This document shows positions 1-9,091 of a stretch of 27,008 bases of DNA, one piece after another. This DNA comes from Opitutales bacterium (GTDB lineage: Bacteria > Verrucomicrobiota > Verrucomicrobiia > Opitutales > Coraliomargaritaceae). The notes beneath the pieces were generated by a model. That model saw nothing but the letters and a program-made list of their open reading frames with translations, did not search any database and had not been told where the DNA came from. The DNA is taken from contig JBMYNR010000022.1 of NCBI GenBank assembly GCA_049598495.1, positions 1 to 27,008 on the forward strand. The letters run 5' to 3'. Within the stretch, counting starts at the first letter, position 1. The number at the start of each line of letters is the position of its first letter. The position numbers and the translations under genes were made by a program.

Positions 1-216
1 CGGGATGATCCAGCCTATAGATTTAACTCCCGTATACACTTAACGATTGAGATCTTTGAGACTTCGACTGGTATTCTATTTTTCCGAAACGAACTACCTA
101 ACATATTCGACTCAATCCAGCTCACCGAGGAGCGAATTATTCGATCATTGAAACGTGGATTGAAGGACTTCCACAACTGCAATGAGAAGGATTCTAATTC
201 ACCGAACATCGAATAG
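1..216 (+). CDS. 3' end of a hypothetical protein (5' truncated by window edge)
   Basis: Frame +1 is open from base 1 to TAG at 214-216 (RDDPAYRFNSRIHLTIEIFETSTGILFFRNELPNIFDSIQLTEERIIRSLKRGLKDFHNCNEKDSNSPNIE*). Hand count is about 41% GC, lower than the rest of the window. No family recognised. Confidence 0.55.
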   Translation, partial: RDDPAYRFNSRIHLTIEIFETSTGILFFRNELPNIFDSIQLTEERIIRSLKRGLKDFHNCNEKDSNSPNIE

Positions 217-331
217 ACGGGGATTGTCCCTAGCGGATCTAGGGTTGTGTGCGTCTTCAAGGACCGACTTCGCTTGACGACTCTCCCCGGAATCCCGTTC
301 AAGCCATGGAAACTCCTAATACTTAGGGAAA

Positions 332-1090
332 CTACTGCGAGAGTCGGGCGAGAAAGTGCAGAATCGATGTTCCGCAGTATTCCGGGTCCTCGAGGTGAGG
401 CGCATGCGATCGATCACTAAGTGATTTGTGAACGATCGCTTTGGGGAAATCGGTAGCCATCTTTCGGGCAATCGAGGTATATTTTTCATCGCTTGAACCG
501 CTGATGACGAGTGTCGGAATGGAGAGGTCGGCAAGTTTCGGCCATAAATTTGGAACGGAACCTTGTCCGAACTGAAGGAGGCTGTTTTGCAGGCCGGTTG
601 AGCTGTGCGTCTTGCGTGCGGCCATCATGGCGTCTTGCCTGGCCGGTGCTGCGTTTTTCTGGCTTCGGATGAGCGGGGTCTCCTGCCAGTGCTTAATGAA
701 GTTTTCGATGCCCATCTCGCCTAATTTTTCTGCCAAGACACGATCGTCGCACCGACGGGCCTTGCGCTCGTATTCCGACTCGATCCCCGGATTCGGGCTG
801 ATCAAAATGAGCGCCTGCCATGCATCGGGTTCTGCCGTCGCATGGAGGAGTGCTGCTCGGGCGCCCATTGAATAGCCGAGGAGAATTTTGGGTTCATCTC
901 GTGCCCACGATTGAAGCTTGGCAGAGTGCCTCTCGACGAAAGCCTTGGTCGCGTTCGGTGTGCAATCCAAGTCCGAATCCGGACCATGGCCTGGCATGTC
1001 CGGACAGTGCCAACTTCCTCCGACGAAGCCCGCGATTGGCTCAAAATCGGAGCCACGCCCGGTGAAACCATGGAGTGCGAGGAACTGCAT
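332..1090 (-). CDS. menH: Alpha/beta hydrolase, MenH-like (SHCHC synthase family)
   Basis: LHGFTG oxyanion motif, DMPGHG, GYSMG nucleophile elbow, ARRxxDxxLA and F..HW..PL..SQ segments typical of MenH, GxxDEKY acid, SHAPHLE histidine. No other men genes nearby, so the symbol is tentative. Confidence 0.7.
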   Translation of the reverse strand: MQFLALHGFTGRGSDFEPIAGFVGGSWHCPDMPGHGPDSDLDCTPNATKAFVERHSAKLQSWARDEPKILLGYSMGARAALLHATAEPDAWQALILISPNPGIESEYERKARRCDDRVLAEKLGEMGIENFIKHWQETPLIRSQKNAAPARQDAMMAARKTHSSTGLQNSLLQFGQGSVPNLWPKLADLSIPTLVISGSSDEKYTSIARKMATDFPKAIVHKSLSDRSHAPHLEDPEYCGTSILHFLARLSQ

Positions 1091-1101
1091 AGAAAGCCAG
1101 C

Positions 1102-1569
1102 TTACTCGCTGACGCTTGTGCGAATGATTTTTTGCTCGTTAATCGGGCGGTCGCCCGGGCCTTTCTCAACCTTCTCGAGCTTTTCGACAACGTCCATACC
1201 CGAGCTCACCTGACCGAAGATCGTGTGGTTCATATGAAGCCAGGGCGTGGGAACGGTGGTAATAAAGAACTGGCTTCCATTGGTGCCTGGGCCTGCATTG
1301 GCCATCGCCAGAAGACCCGGCTTGTCGAATTTCAGGTCTCGAGCACATTCGTCTTCAAAATTTTTGCCCCAAATCGACTCGCCACCGCGGCCGGTGCCCG
1401 TCGGATCGCCACCCTGAATCATAAAATCCTCGATGATTCGGTGGAAGATGACGCCATCGTAGTAGCCGTTCTTGCAATGGGTGGTGAAATTCTCGCAAGT
1501 TTTGGGCGCGATGTCGTTGAAGAGCTCGAATTCGATGGAGCCTTGGGTGGTTTCGAGTGTGACTTTCAT
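1102..1569 (-). CDS. Cyclophilin-type peptidyl-prolyl cis-trans isomerase
   Basis: [54 protein letters not shown]...HTIFGQV motifs. Confidence 0.97.
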   Translation of the reverse strand: MKVTLETTQGSIEFELFNDIAPKTCENFTTHCKNGYYDGVIFHRIIEDFMIQGGDPTGTGRGGESIWGKNFEDECARDLKFDKPGLLAMANAGPGTNGSQFFITTVPTPWLHMNHTIFGQVSSGMDVVEKLEKVEKGPGDRPINEQKIIRTSVSE

Positions 1570-1571
1570 AG

Positions 1572-3107
1572 TTATTTGGAATTAAGGTGGGAAATCGTCT
1601 CAACAACGAAATGTTCGAGTGAAGCCCGGGGTGATTCGAAGGCAATCGGAAGATTGAGTTCTTTGAGCGTCTTGCTGGTTACCGGTCCGATGCTTCCGTA
1701 GGCGGGCTGGCGTGCGTCCTTTTCCAATTCCAGCGCGGGCTGCTGCTCGACGAATGACTTGACCGTTGAAGAGCTTGTGAAGAGCACGGCATCAGCACCT
1801 TCCTTTCTGAAGCGATCTGCTGTTGAGTTATGCTGCAGGTCGCTGCGGCTGGTCTTGTAAAGCGGGAGGGTATCGACGATGGCACGACCTTCTTCTTCAA
1901 GCCGCTTTACCAGACTTTCTCGGTTTTGGTTTCCAGTGACGACGAGTATTTTAATACTCTCCACGCCTTCCTCTTCGATCATTTTGTTGGCAAGTGCGTC
2001 GGCATTTGCCTTGTCGGGAATTAGGTCGACTTTGATGTGGTGCTTTTTAATTTCCCGAGCTGTGGCGGCACCCACTGCAGCAACACGCATCGGACCGAGG
2101 CAGCGAATATCGTCGTAGGCTTTGTAGAAGAGTTCGAAGAAGGTGCGCACGCCATTGACACTCGTGAAGATGATCCACTCATAGACCGCCATCTCCGCAA
2201 ACACCTCGGTCAACGTGTTGGGGTCATAGTGCGGTTCGATTTGAATGAACGGCAGTTCGAGTACATCGGCGCCCTGTTCCTTGAGCATTTGAGTCAACTC
2301 GCCTGCCTGCTCACGCGCACGGGTCACCAAGATACGTCTACCAAACAGTGGGCGCCCTTCAAACCACTCTGTCTTGGATCGCTTGGCGACGACCTGGCCG
2401 ATTAGAATCATGGCCGGTGTGCCGATGCCCTCCGATTCGATGTCTGTAAGCACCTTGTCAATTGTGCTGTAGACGGAGCGTTGGTTGTTGAGTGTTGCCC
2501 ATTGAATCACGGCAACGGGTGTCTCTCCGCACATACCACCTTCTTTCAGCTCGGCAATAATTCGCGGCAGCTGATGAAAAGCCATGTATAGGCAAAGGGT
2601 GCCTTTATCCTTACCGTATTGGCGGTAATCAAGCGGCATGGTATGCTTTTGGGGATCCTCATGACCCGTCAACAAGGTGATGGACTGACTGTATTCCCGA
2701 TGGGAGAGGGGAATGCCGGCATAGGCTGCGGCTGCCAGTGCTGCCGTCACTCCAGGCACAATCTCGAATGGGATTTCCGATTTGAGTAGCTCAGTTACTT
2801 CCTCGCCGCCACGCCCAAAGACGTAGGGGTCGCCCCCTTTTAGGCGGACGACTTGCTGTCCATTTCCTGCCCGTTCAATCAGGAGGGCTTCGATCTCGTC
2901 TTGTGGCATCGAGTGCTTGCCCGCGCGCTTGCCGACATAGATCTTTTCGGCATCAGTACGGGCCCATGTAAGCAAACTCGGATTTGCAAGGTAATCGTAG
3001 AGAATGACATCGGCTCGTTCAATCAGCTCTCGGGCACGCACCGTGACAAGACTCGGGTCACCCGGACCAGCGCCAATAATATATACTTTTCCTGACTCAG
3101 GCATCAT
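1572..3107 (-). CDS. cobA: Uroporphyrinogen-III C-methyltransferase / uroporphyrinogen-III synthase fusion (CobA-HemD)
   Basis: N-terminal [29 protein letters not shown] methyltransferase motifs; linker [15 protein letters not shown]; HemD domain with FTSVNGV, AAVG.ATA, FTSSSTV, SIGP.TS. ATGA overlap with the hemC stop. Confidence 0.95.
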   Translation of the reverse strand: MMPESGKVYIIGAGPGDPSLVTVRARELIERADVILYDYLANPSLLTWARTDAEKIYVGKRAGKHSMPQDEIEALLIERAGNGQQVVRLKGGDPYVFGRGGEEVTELLKSEIPFEIVPGVTAALAAAAYAGIPLSHREYSQSITLLTGHEDPQKHTMPLDYRQYGKDKGTLCLYMAFHQLPRIIAELKEGGMCGETPVAVIQWATLNNQRSVYSTIDKVLTDIESEGIGTPAMILIGQVVAKRSKTEWFEGRPLFGRRILVTRAREQAGELTQMLKEQGADVLELPFIQIEPHYDPNTLTEVFAEMAVYEWIIFTSVNGVRTFFELFYKAYDDIRCLGPMRVAAVGAATAREIKKHHIKVDLIPDKANADALANKMIEEEGVESIKILVVTGNQNRESLVKRLEEEGRAIVDTLPLYKTSRSDLQHNSTADRFRKEGADAVLFTSSSTVKSFVEQQPALELEKDARQPAYGSIGPVTSKTLKELNLPIAFESPRASLEHFVVETISHLNSK

Positions 3108-3961
3108 CGCTTAAAATCCTGTAAAAAATCCGATATGAGACCTTCTATATCAGATAGCTCATTTAACTCCAGCTTCGTGCAAATGTATCCATTATCCGGA
3201 TGAAATACATGAAAGATGGAGCCGTCGTAATAGGCACCGATCGGTGTCTGGCAACCACCGCCAAGTCCACGAAGAAACTCTCTCTCCAGCGTTACAGCCA
3301 ATTTGGTTTGTTTGCAGAAAATACTTTCGAAGCTCTCTAGCTCCGCCTCTCGACACTGAATCGCAATCGCTGCCTGTCCCGGGGCTGGTACGCATGCTTC
3401 TATGCTTAGCTCGATAAATTCGAGACCTTCATACCGCTCAATTCCCAATCGATCCAAGCCAGCCTTAGCGAGTATGGAGGCATCCGCCTCACCTTCTGAG
3501 ATTTTGTGCAAACGCGTGCCCACGTTACCACGGATGCTCGTCCATTCAGCTTGAGGATAGGTGCCCGCGATTTGAGCACGGCGACGAGGGCTGCTGGATG
3601 CGATGCTAGCAGGCACCACGCAACCGCTTCGCTTCACCAGGACATCATTGACTTTGGCGCGTGGCAAATAGCCGGCAATGTGGAGGTCGTCTCGAAACGT
3701 GGTCGGTAGATCTTTGGCACTATGGACAGCAAGGCTGGCGCGGCCGTCAAGGAGTGCTTCCTCAAGCTCCTTGGTGAATAAGCCCAATCCGCCTCGTTTT
3801 TCGAGAGACCAGTTGAGGCGTTCATCCACTTTGGTGCTGAGTTCCAGCTCTTCAAAAATATCATTCGGCCGTTTTTCAGACAGCCAAGAGCGAACCAGCT
3901 CAGTTTGTTTGAGTGCGAGCGGGCTCTTCCTGGTGGCGATACGTATCAAATTTTGTCTCAA
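3104..3961 (-). CDS. hemC: Hydroxymethylbilane synthase (porphobilinogen deaminase)
   Basis: IATRKSPLAL.Q, GLFTKELEEALL, AVHSAKDLP, SSPRR, IRGNVGTRL, PAPGQAAI, LGGGCQTPIG (cofactor Cys). TTG start. Confidence 0.95.
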   Translation of the reverse strand: MRQNLIRIATRKSPLALKQTELVRSWLSEKRPNDIFEELELSTKVDERLNWSLEKRGGLGLFTKELEEALLDGRASLAVHSAKDLPTTFRDDLHIAGYLPRAKVNDVLVKRSGCVVPASIASSSPRRRAQIAGTYPQAEWTSIRGNVGTRLHKISEGEADASILAKAGLDRLGIERYEGLEFIELSIEACVPAPGQAAIAIQCREAELESFESIFCKQTKLAVTLEREFLRGLGGGCQTPIGAYYDGSIFHVFHPDNGYICTKLELNELSDIEGLISDFLQDFKR

Positions 3962-4004
3962 AATTTAATAGTGATGAATGAAAAGTGGAGACTGGTAGGA
4001 AACT

Positions 4005-4040
4005 AAAAGGCGGTCAGAGGAATGAACCAACGACCGCCTT
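4005..4040 (-). terminator. Probable intrinsic terminator downstream of ilvC
   Basis: Inverted repeat AAGGCGGTC (4007-4015) / GACCGCCTT (4032-4040) with a 16-nt loop, followed by a T run on the minus strand. Confidence 0.6.
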
Positions 4041-4063
4041 GAAAAGCTAGTGGAAAAGTTAGC

Positions 4064-5092
4064 TTAGTTGTAGGAAGCTTGCGAACCCTTGATGTTGCGC
4101 TTTTTAACCCAAGGCATCAGTGAACGGAGCCGCTCGCCGGTCTTTTCAATCTGATGGTTTTGTCCATCCTTGATGAACTGCTTGTAGTTCGGCAGGCCGT
4201 TTTTGTACTCCTTGACCCAGTTCTTTGTGAACTTGCCTGACTGAATGTCCTTGAGGATCGCTTTCATTGCCTTCTTGGAGGAGGCATTTATGACGCGTGG
4301 TCCAGAGATATAGTCGCCCCATTCTGCTGTTTCAGAGATGGAAAAACGCATACCGGAGACGCCGGATTCCACCATGAGGTCGACAATGAGCTTCAACTCG
4401 TGCAAGCACTCGAAGTAGGCCATCTCAGGCTGGTAGCCTGCTTCGACCAAAGTTTCAAAACCGGCCATCACGAGAGCAGAAGCACCGCCGCAGAGAACGG
4501 CTTGTTCGCCGAAGAGATCGGTTTCGCACTCTTCCTTGAATGTCGTTTGAATCACGCCTGCACGGGTACCACCGACGCCCTTTGCCCATGCAAGTGCGAC
4601 TGCCTTGGCATTACGGGAAGAGCCCTTATTGACGGCGATGAGGGCTGGGACGCCTTTACCTTCAACGTATTGGCTACGGACAACGTGGCCGGGGCCCTTT
4701 GGAGCAACCATGATCACGTCGATGCCCTTCGGCGCGGTGATGAGACCAAAGTGGATCGCGAGACCGTGTGTGAAGGCGAGCGTCTTACCCTTTTCAAGGT
4801 TGGGTAGGATGTCGTTTTCGTAAACTTCAGCCTGCTTCATGTCAGGCACCGCGATCATGATGACATCGGCACGCTTTACAGCCTCGGCCGTTTCATAGAC
4901 CTTGAAGCCTTGTTTGCGGGCGACGGCAGCGGATTTGCTCTTCTTGTAGAGCCCGATGATTACGTTCAGGCCGCTGTCCTTAAGATTCTGGGCGTGAGCA
5001 TGGCCCTGTGAACCGTAGCCAATGATGGCGAGGGTCTTCTTCTTGAGAACGCGTAGATCGGCGTCTTTGTCGGTATAGACTTTTGCAGGCAT
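4064..5092 (-). CDS. ilvC: Ketol-acid reductoisomerase (class I)
   Basis: [64 protein letters not shown] motifs. Confidence 0.98.
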   Translation of the reverse strand: MPAKVYTDKDADLRVLKKKTLAIIGYGSQGHAHAQNLKDSGLNVIIGLYKKSKSAAVARKQGFKVYETAEAVKRADVIMIAVPDMKQAEVYENDILPNLEKGKTLAFTHGLAIHFGLITAPKGIDVIMVAPKGPGHVVRSQYVEGKGVPALIAVNKGSSRNAKAVALAWAKGVGGTRAGVIQTTFKEECETDLFGEQAVLCGGASALVMAGFETLVEAGYQPEMAYFECLHELKLIVDLMVESGVSGMRFSISETAEWGDYISGPRVINASSKKAMKAILKDIQSGKFTKNWVKEYKNGLPNYKQFIKDGQNHQIEKTGERLRSLMPWVKKRNIKGSQASYN

Positions 5093-5142
5093 ATGTATCT
5101 TTGATTAAGGGAATGTCCGTTCCCGGTAGGTTAATGAAAATG

Positions 5143-5616
5143 TTAGCCCCGCTTGAGCGCGAGATTACCGGTCCGAGCCATCTCAATAATACCATAAGGC
5201 TCGATTAAGTTGAGGAAGGCCTGGACCTTGTTGGCATTGCCGGTCATTTCGATGTTCACGCTCTCCGGGGCCACGTCGATGATTTTGGCGCGGAAAATGT
5301 CACACACCTGCATCACCTCCGAGCGCTGGCCGGCGGAAGCATTTACTTTAAGCATAACAAGTTCACGTTCCGTGGCTTGGCCGCTGGCAAAATCGGTGAC
5401 TTCAAGTACGTTGACCAGTTTGTTTACTTGCTTGATCGCTTGATCAAGATTGTCGCTGTCACCAAAAATCGTTACTGTAATCCGTGAGAACTTATCGTCG
5501 ACCATCGGCCCCACATTCAGTGTCTCGATATTGAAGCCGCGACCGCTGAACATTCCAGCGATACGAGCGAGAACTCCGAATTTGTTTTCGACGAGGATTG
5601 AGATGGTGTGGCGCAT
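5143..5616 (-). CDS. ilvN: Acetolactate synthase small (regulatory) subunit
   Basis: MRHTISILVENKFGVLARIAGMFSGRGFNIETLNVG ACT domain, ERELVMLKV, FRAKIIDV, EMARTG. Confidence 0.97.
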   Translation of the reverse strand: MRHTISILVENKFGVLARIAGMFSGRGFNIETLNVGPMVDDKFSRITVTIFGDSDNLDQAIKQVNKLVNVLEVTDFASGQATERELVMLKVNASAGQRSEVMQVCDIFRAKIIDVAPESVNIEMTGNANKVQAFLNLIEPYGIIEMARTGNLALKRG

Positions 5617-5662
5617 GATAGAATGGGGATCGATTGCTTAAGCCCCGATTCAACGTTGAAAA

Positions 5663-5739
5663 TGGTAGACGGTGAGGGATTCGAACCCACGACCCCCTCG
5701 GTGTAAACGAGGTGCTCTAACCAGCTGAGCTAACCGTCC
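5663..5739 (-). tRNA. tRNA-Val (anticodon TAC)
   Basis: Reverse complement GGACGGTTAGCTCAGCTGGTTAGAGCACCTCGTTTACACCGAGGGGGTCGTGGGTTCGAATCCCTCACCGTCTACCA; anticodon arm CCTCG-TTTACAC-CGAGG, GTTCGAATC T-loop, encoded CCA. Confidence 0.97.
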
Positions 5740-5839
5740 TCTGAAATTAGGAAAACGGAGAAGATGCCGCAGGCCATATGTGAATCAAGCCTAATTTTGC
5801 GCAAGCCTTCACATTTAGAGTATTTCGAGCACTTGGATA

Positions 5840-7099
5840 CTATGCTTTGAGTGCGACACCGGCTTTTTCAATATCGGCACCGCTGGGTGCTTGATATGCG
5901 CTGAGCCCAAACTCGGGGAGGACCGAGAGGAAATGGTCAAAAATGTCCCCCTGGATGTCCTCATAGCGGGCCCATGCTGTATCGTTCGTGAAAACATAGA
6001 CTTCGATGGGTAAGCCATTTGGGCCCGCGGCTAATTGCCGGACAATCAGGGTCATATTCTGATGCAGCTTCGGATGATTGCGAAGATAAGCAACGCAGTA
6101 GGCGCGGAACGTACCGACATTGGTTAGGCGTCGACCATTGATCAGTTCGTTGAGGTCATTGCCGACATCCTTGTTGTGTTTCGTTATCTCTTCGAGTTTC
6201 GCGTCAAGATAGGGTTGAAGTAGGCGAATACGCTTAAAGCGTTCAAGTAGTGCCTCATCCGCAAACTGAATTGTGCGCATATCGATAGACAGCGCACGTT
6301 TGATTCGACGCCCGCCGGATTCACTCATGCCGCGCCAATTTTTGAAAGAGTCGGAGATGAGCGCGTAGGTTGGAATCGTCGTAATCGTCTTATCCCAGTT
6401 TTGAACCTTGACCGTTGTCAGTGAAACATCAATCACGTCGCCGTCGGCACCCCGGCCAGGCATTTCGATCCAGTCGCCCACCATGACCATATTATTGACT
6501 GACAGTTGAAAGCCAGCGACGAGTCCGAGGATTGCATCCTTGAAAATTAGAAGGAGTATGGCCGTGACGGCGCCGAGGCCGGAGAAAAGAACCAGTGGGG
6601 ACTTTTCAAGGAGGGCCGACAGAATGAAGATCAGACCAATTAGATTGATAACCAGCTTGGTCGCCTGCGTAAAACTCTTGGCCGGATATCTTTTGCCTAC
6701 TTCGCTTCGCTCCCAGACGGCCCGCATGAAGTTAAGAGCCCCATCGATCACAAAGAGAATGATTGCGATCAGGTAGATATTCACGATCTGGCTGATCAGT
6801 GATACAATCCCCGGGTTGCCCTCGAAGATGGCCGGGGCGAAAAAGTGAATGGTGGCAGCTGGCGCGATGTGGGAAAAACGTATGATTACTCGGTGTTCGA
6901 TGAGCAAATCGTCCCAGGTAATCGCAGTCTTTCCAATAATCGGATGTACGATATATGCGATAAAGCGTTTGGTCAGCAGGTTTGCCAGAAGCGTAAGGCC
7001 AAAAAGGTATATTATGGCAGCAGCAAGCGCAAGCACCTGAGCGATTGTGGGCGCTAGCTGAAACTGTTCTAGCCACTCGCGGATGATTTCCAAGGTCAT
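5840..7099 (-). CDS. ybdG: MscS-family mechanosensitive channel, YbdG type
   Basis: FKDAILGLVAG.QLS.N.M...GDWIEMP..GADG.VID.SLTTVKVQNWDKTITTIPT, GMSESGGRRIKR, TNVGTFRAY, GLPIEVYVFTN, IQ.DIFDH segments resemble E. coli YbdG. Start placed at ATG 7099 (MTLEIIREW) rather than 7168. Confidence 0.9.
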   Translation of the reverse strand: MTLEIIREWLEQFQLAPTIAQVLALAAAIIYLFGLTLLANLLTKRFIAYIVHPIIGKTAITWDDLLIEHRVIIRFSHIAPAATIHFFAPAIFEGNPGIVSLISQIVNIYLIAIILFVIDGALNFMRAVWERSEVGKRYPAKSFTQATKLVINLIGLIFILSALLEKSPLVLFSGLGAVTAILLLIFKDAILGLVAGFQLSVNNMVMVGDWIEMPGRGADGDVIDVSLTTVKVQNWDKTITTIPTYALISDSFKNWRGMSESGGRRIKRALSIDMRTIQFADEALLERFKRIRLLQPYLDAKLEEITKHNKDVGNDLNELINGRRLTNVGTFRAYCVAYLRNHPKLHQNMTLIVRQLAAGPNGLPIEVYVFTNDTAWARYEDIQGDIFDHFLSVLPEFGLSAYQAPSGADIEKAGVALKA

Positions 7100-7198
7100 G
7101 CAAGTGAAGTTGTCCACTCTATCGCTGGCTGACAATACTAGGTTTTCGCAATCGCGTCCCGTGCACATAGGCTTGCCTTTATCGATACGAGGGGCGCA

Positions 7199-7945
7199 GT
7201 GTTAGATATGCACCTCAAAGCCCTCATTTCCGCAGGCTTCTTTTGTCTGCTGCCGCTGATCACCTGCGCACAGAGCAACAATTTTACGCTCCTGCGTGTT
7301 CTTCAAAAGTATACGGATGCCTACGGGGGGTTCCGCGATGCGGATGCACTGGCTTCTCTCAGTGTTGAGGGGACGATTGAACAAAATGGTTCGTCCTATA
7401 AATTCCTGATGCGGAGGAAGCGGCCCTACGGCTTTCGTTATCGTTTATCAGATAAGAGCGGTTTCCATTCGGCTATTATTGGATACGATGGTCGAAAAGG
7501 TTGGATACGTTCCGAATCAAATGGGGAGATGAATCTGAGTGAGATTAAGGGTGCTGCTCTCGTGGCGCTCCACGAGCAGGCACATTTTGATGGCCTCCTG
7601 TTTCGTCACTTTGAGAACAACGATTCTACGGTCAGCTTGTTGGGTAGGGGGCAGCTAGATGGTGAGCCCGCGTATATCATTCAGGTGGAATCAAGCGCAG
7701 GGCGACGATTTCACTACTTTTTGCACCTTAGCAAAGCCCATATTCTAAGGATTGATGTCCTAGATTCGGATGGCGACATCATTTCGCAGACCTTTTACCG
7801 GGACTACCGGGAAGTAGGTGGCTTTCCCTTTGCACACGTGGTCGAGAGGCTCGTCGACGGTGAGCGGGTGTCGCTGGCCACGGTTCAGAAAATCGACGTG
7901 AACCCTGGCCTTCTCAGCTTCCACTTCGAGACGCCGAGCCGTTAA
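7199..7945 (+). CDS. Secreted hypothetical protein, probably LolA-like / outer-membrane lipoprotein-sorting fold
   Basis: Signal-peptide-like N-terminus (start GTG 7199 or ATG 7208), VLQKY..AYGG motif, beta-rich body, C-terminal YRDYREVGGFPF and KIDVNPGL..FE pattern. The fold call is pattern recall. Confidence 0.6.
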   Translation: MLDMHLKALISAGFFCLLPLITCAQSNNFTLLRVLQKYTDAYGGFRDADALASLSVEGTIEQNGSSYKFLMRRKRPYGFRYRLSDKSGFHSAIIGYDGRKGWIRSESNGEMNLSEIKGAALVALHEQAHFDGLLFRHFENNDSTVSLLGRGQLDGEPAYIIQVESSAGRRFHYFLHLSKAHILRIDVLDSDGDIISQTFYRDYREVGGFPFAHVVERLVDGERVSLATVQKIDVNPGLLSFHFETPSR

Positions 7946-7953
7946 GTAGGATT

Positions 7954-8640
7954 CTAGTTGTTCCCGATCCCGTCCTCGTCGAGTCCGCCCTGCAGTTTTC
8001 GATCCAATTTCAAACCTTCGATCTGTGAACGCAGCGCCCGTTCAAATTTCTCATAACGAGCAAGAATACCACGGGTCTCGAAGAGTTCCTGCTTAAAACG
8101 TCCAGCAGGGCAAAGCGTATAAATCGCAAGGTCCAGAACATTTTCCGGCTCCTGTAGATTGGAGAGAAATTGTAGCACCTCCTTGGGGATCTCGGCGCCG
8201 AGGCGCATTTGAGTTTGAATGAGCGCCAGAATGGTGGGTTGGATAGCAGCCAGTGTTTGCTCTGTGCCGTCATTTTTACTGGAAACCTGTTTAATCCGAG
8301 CCTTCCTGTAGGGTTCTTCGCGGACAATGCGCTCGAATTCAACACGCGCAAGCCCCTGGAGAATGAGATTTGCCGTGCCGTCGGCGTTTTTCTTGCACGC
8401 ACGTATGACTCCGACACCTGCGACAGAGTGGGGTGTTTCCAGGAGCTCGGCATCGGATTCCCTGTCATCGAGCGCGGCAACTGCAAAGATACGGTCACCT
8501 TTTAGGACATTTTGAAGCATTTCGCGGTATCGCGGTTCGAAGATAAAAAGTGGCATCATCGCCTGTGGAAAGAGTACCGTTTGACTTAGGGTCATTACGG
8601 GCACTTCCTCCGGGATCTCTATTTCATGAGTTGGCAACAT
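7954..8640 (-). CDS. Stand-alone Lon protease N-terminal (substrate-binding) domain protein
   Basis: VPVM.L...VLFP..MMPLFIFEPRYREM, GVI......DG..NL.LQGL.R, PY..A motifs. No AAA+ or protease domain. Start placed at ATG 8640, 22 bp after the upstream stop. Confidence 0.85.
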   Translation of the reverse strand: MLPTHEIEIPEEVPVMTLSQTVLFPQAMMPLFIFEPRYREMLQNVLKGDRIFAVAALDDRESDAELLETPHSVAGVGVIRACKKNADGTANLILQGLARVEFERIVREEPYRKARIKQVSSKNDGTEQTLAAIQPTILALIQTQMRLGAEIPKEVLQFLSNLQEPENVLDLAIYTLCPAGRFKQELFETRGILARYEKFERALRSQIEGLKLDRKLQGGLDEDGIGNN

Positions 8641-8662
8641 GGTTCGGAATCTCTGTCTATAA

Positions 8663-8944
8663 TTAGTGCCACGCATCAGGATGAAGCTTCGCAGTCTCAA
8701 CAGATTCGCATTCAGCATAATAAACAGCCATACGAAAATAGCGAATGCGATCTTCGGGTATTTCTTCGTTTTTTTGCCGCGCCTCTTCGAATAGGACTTC
8801 GGGCGCGCGACCTTGTAGGTCGTAAATCTCCTTCACCCCAATATCGATTAAGTTACGTGCAGCGGCGACGTCCATCCGGGGAATCCGCATCAGGGCCGAG
8901 TTAAGGGCTTCATAGTCGACCTTCTTTTTCTTCTTTGAAAGCAT
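8663..8944 (-). CDS. Small helix-hairpin-helix protein, Cdd1 ('pathogenicity locus') family
   Basis: L..IP.......NLIDIGV..I.DL.GR.PE.LFE...RYFRMAVYYAE...W pattern; lysine-rich N-terminus. Confidence 0.75.
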   Translation of the reverse strand: MLSKKKKKVDYEALNSALMRIPRMDVAAARNLIDIGVKEIYDLQGRAPEVLFEEARQKNEEIPEDRIRYFRMAVYYAECESVETAKLHPDAWH

Positions 8945-9091
8945 GCTTAATAGATTGTCGAGTTGTCTTCGGGATCATTGCGATTGCATAGATCGAGGCG
9001 GCGGCTGAAACGATCCACAAGCAGTTTAGAAACTTAACGAGCTAGATTGCTGGAGTCTTTTTGCGAGACAATTGTTGGAGACACAGTTGCT

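Noticed and set aside
15..302. 95-aa minus-strand ORF from the track
   Set aside because: No recognisable motif, TTG start inside the structured element, and antisense to a more protein-like open + frame (1-216).
1132..1701. 189-aa ORF and similar antisense or alternate-frame ORFs (13546-14088, 14146-14829, 8010-8498, 25261-25785)
   Set aside because: They lie within or across confidently identified genes and show no domain signal.
9011..9019. DnaA box-like CGATCCACA
   Set aside because: Single 7 of 9 match, with no cluster and no AT-rich unwinding element.
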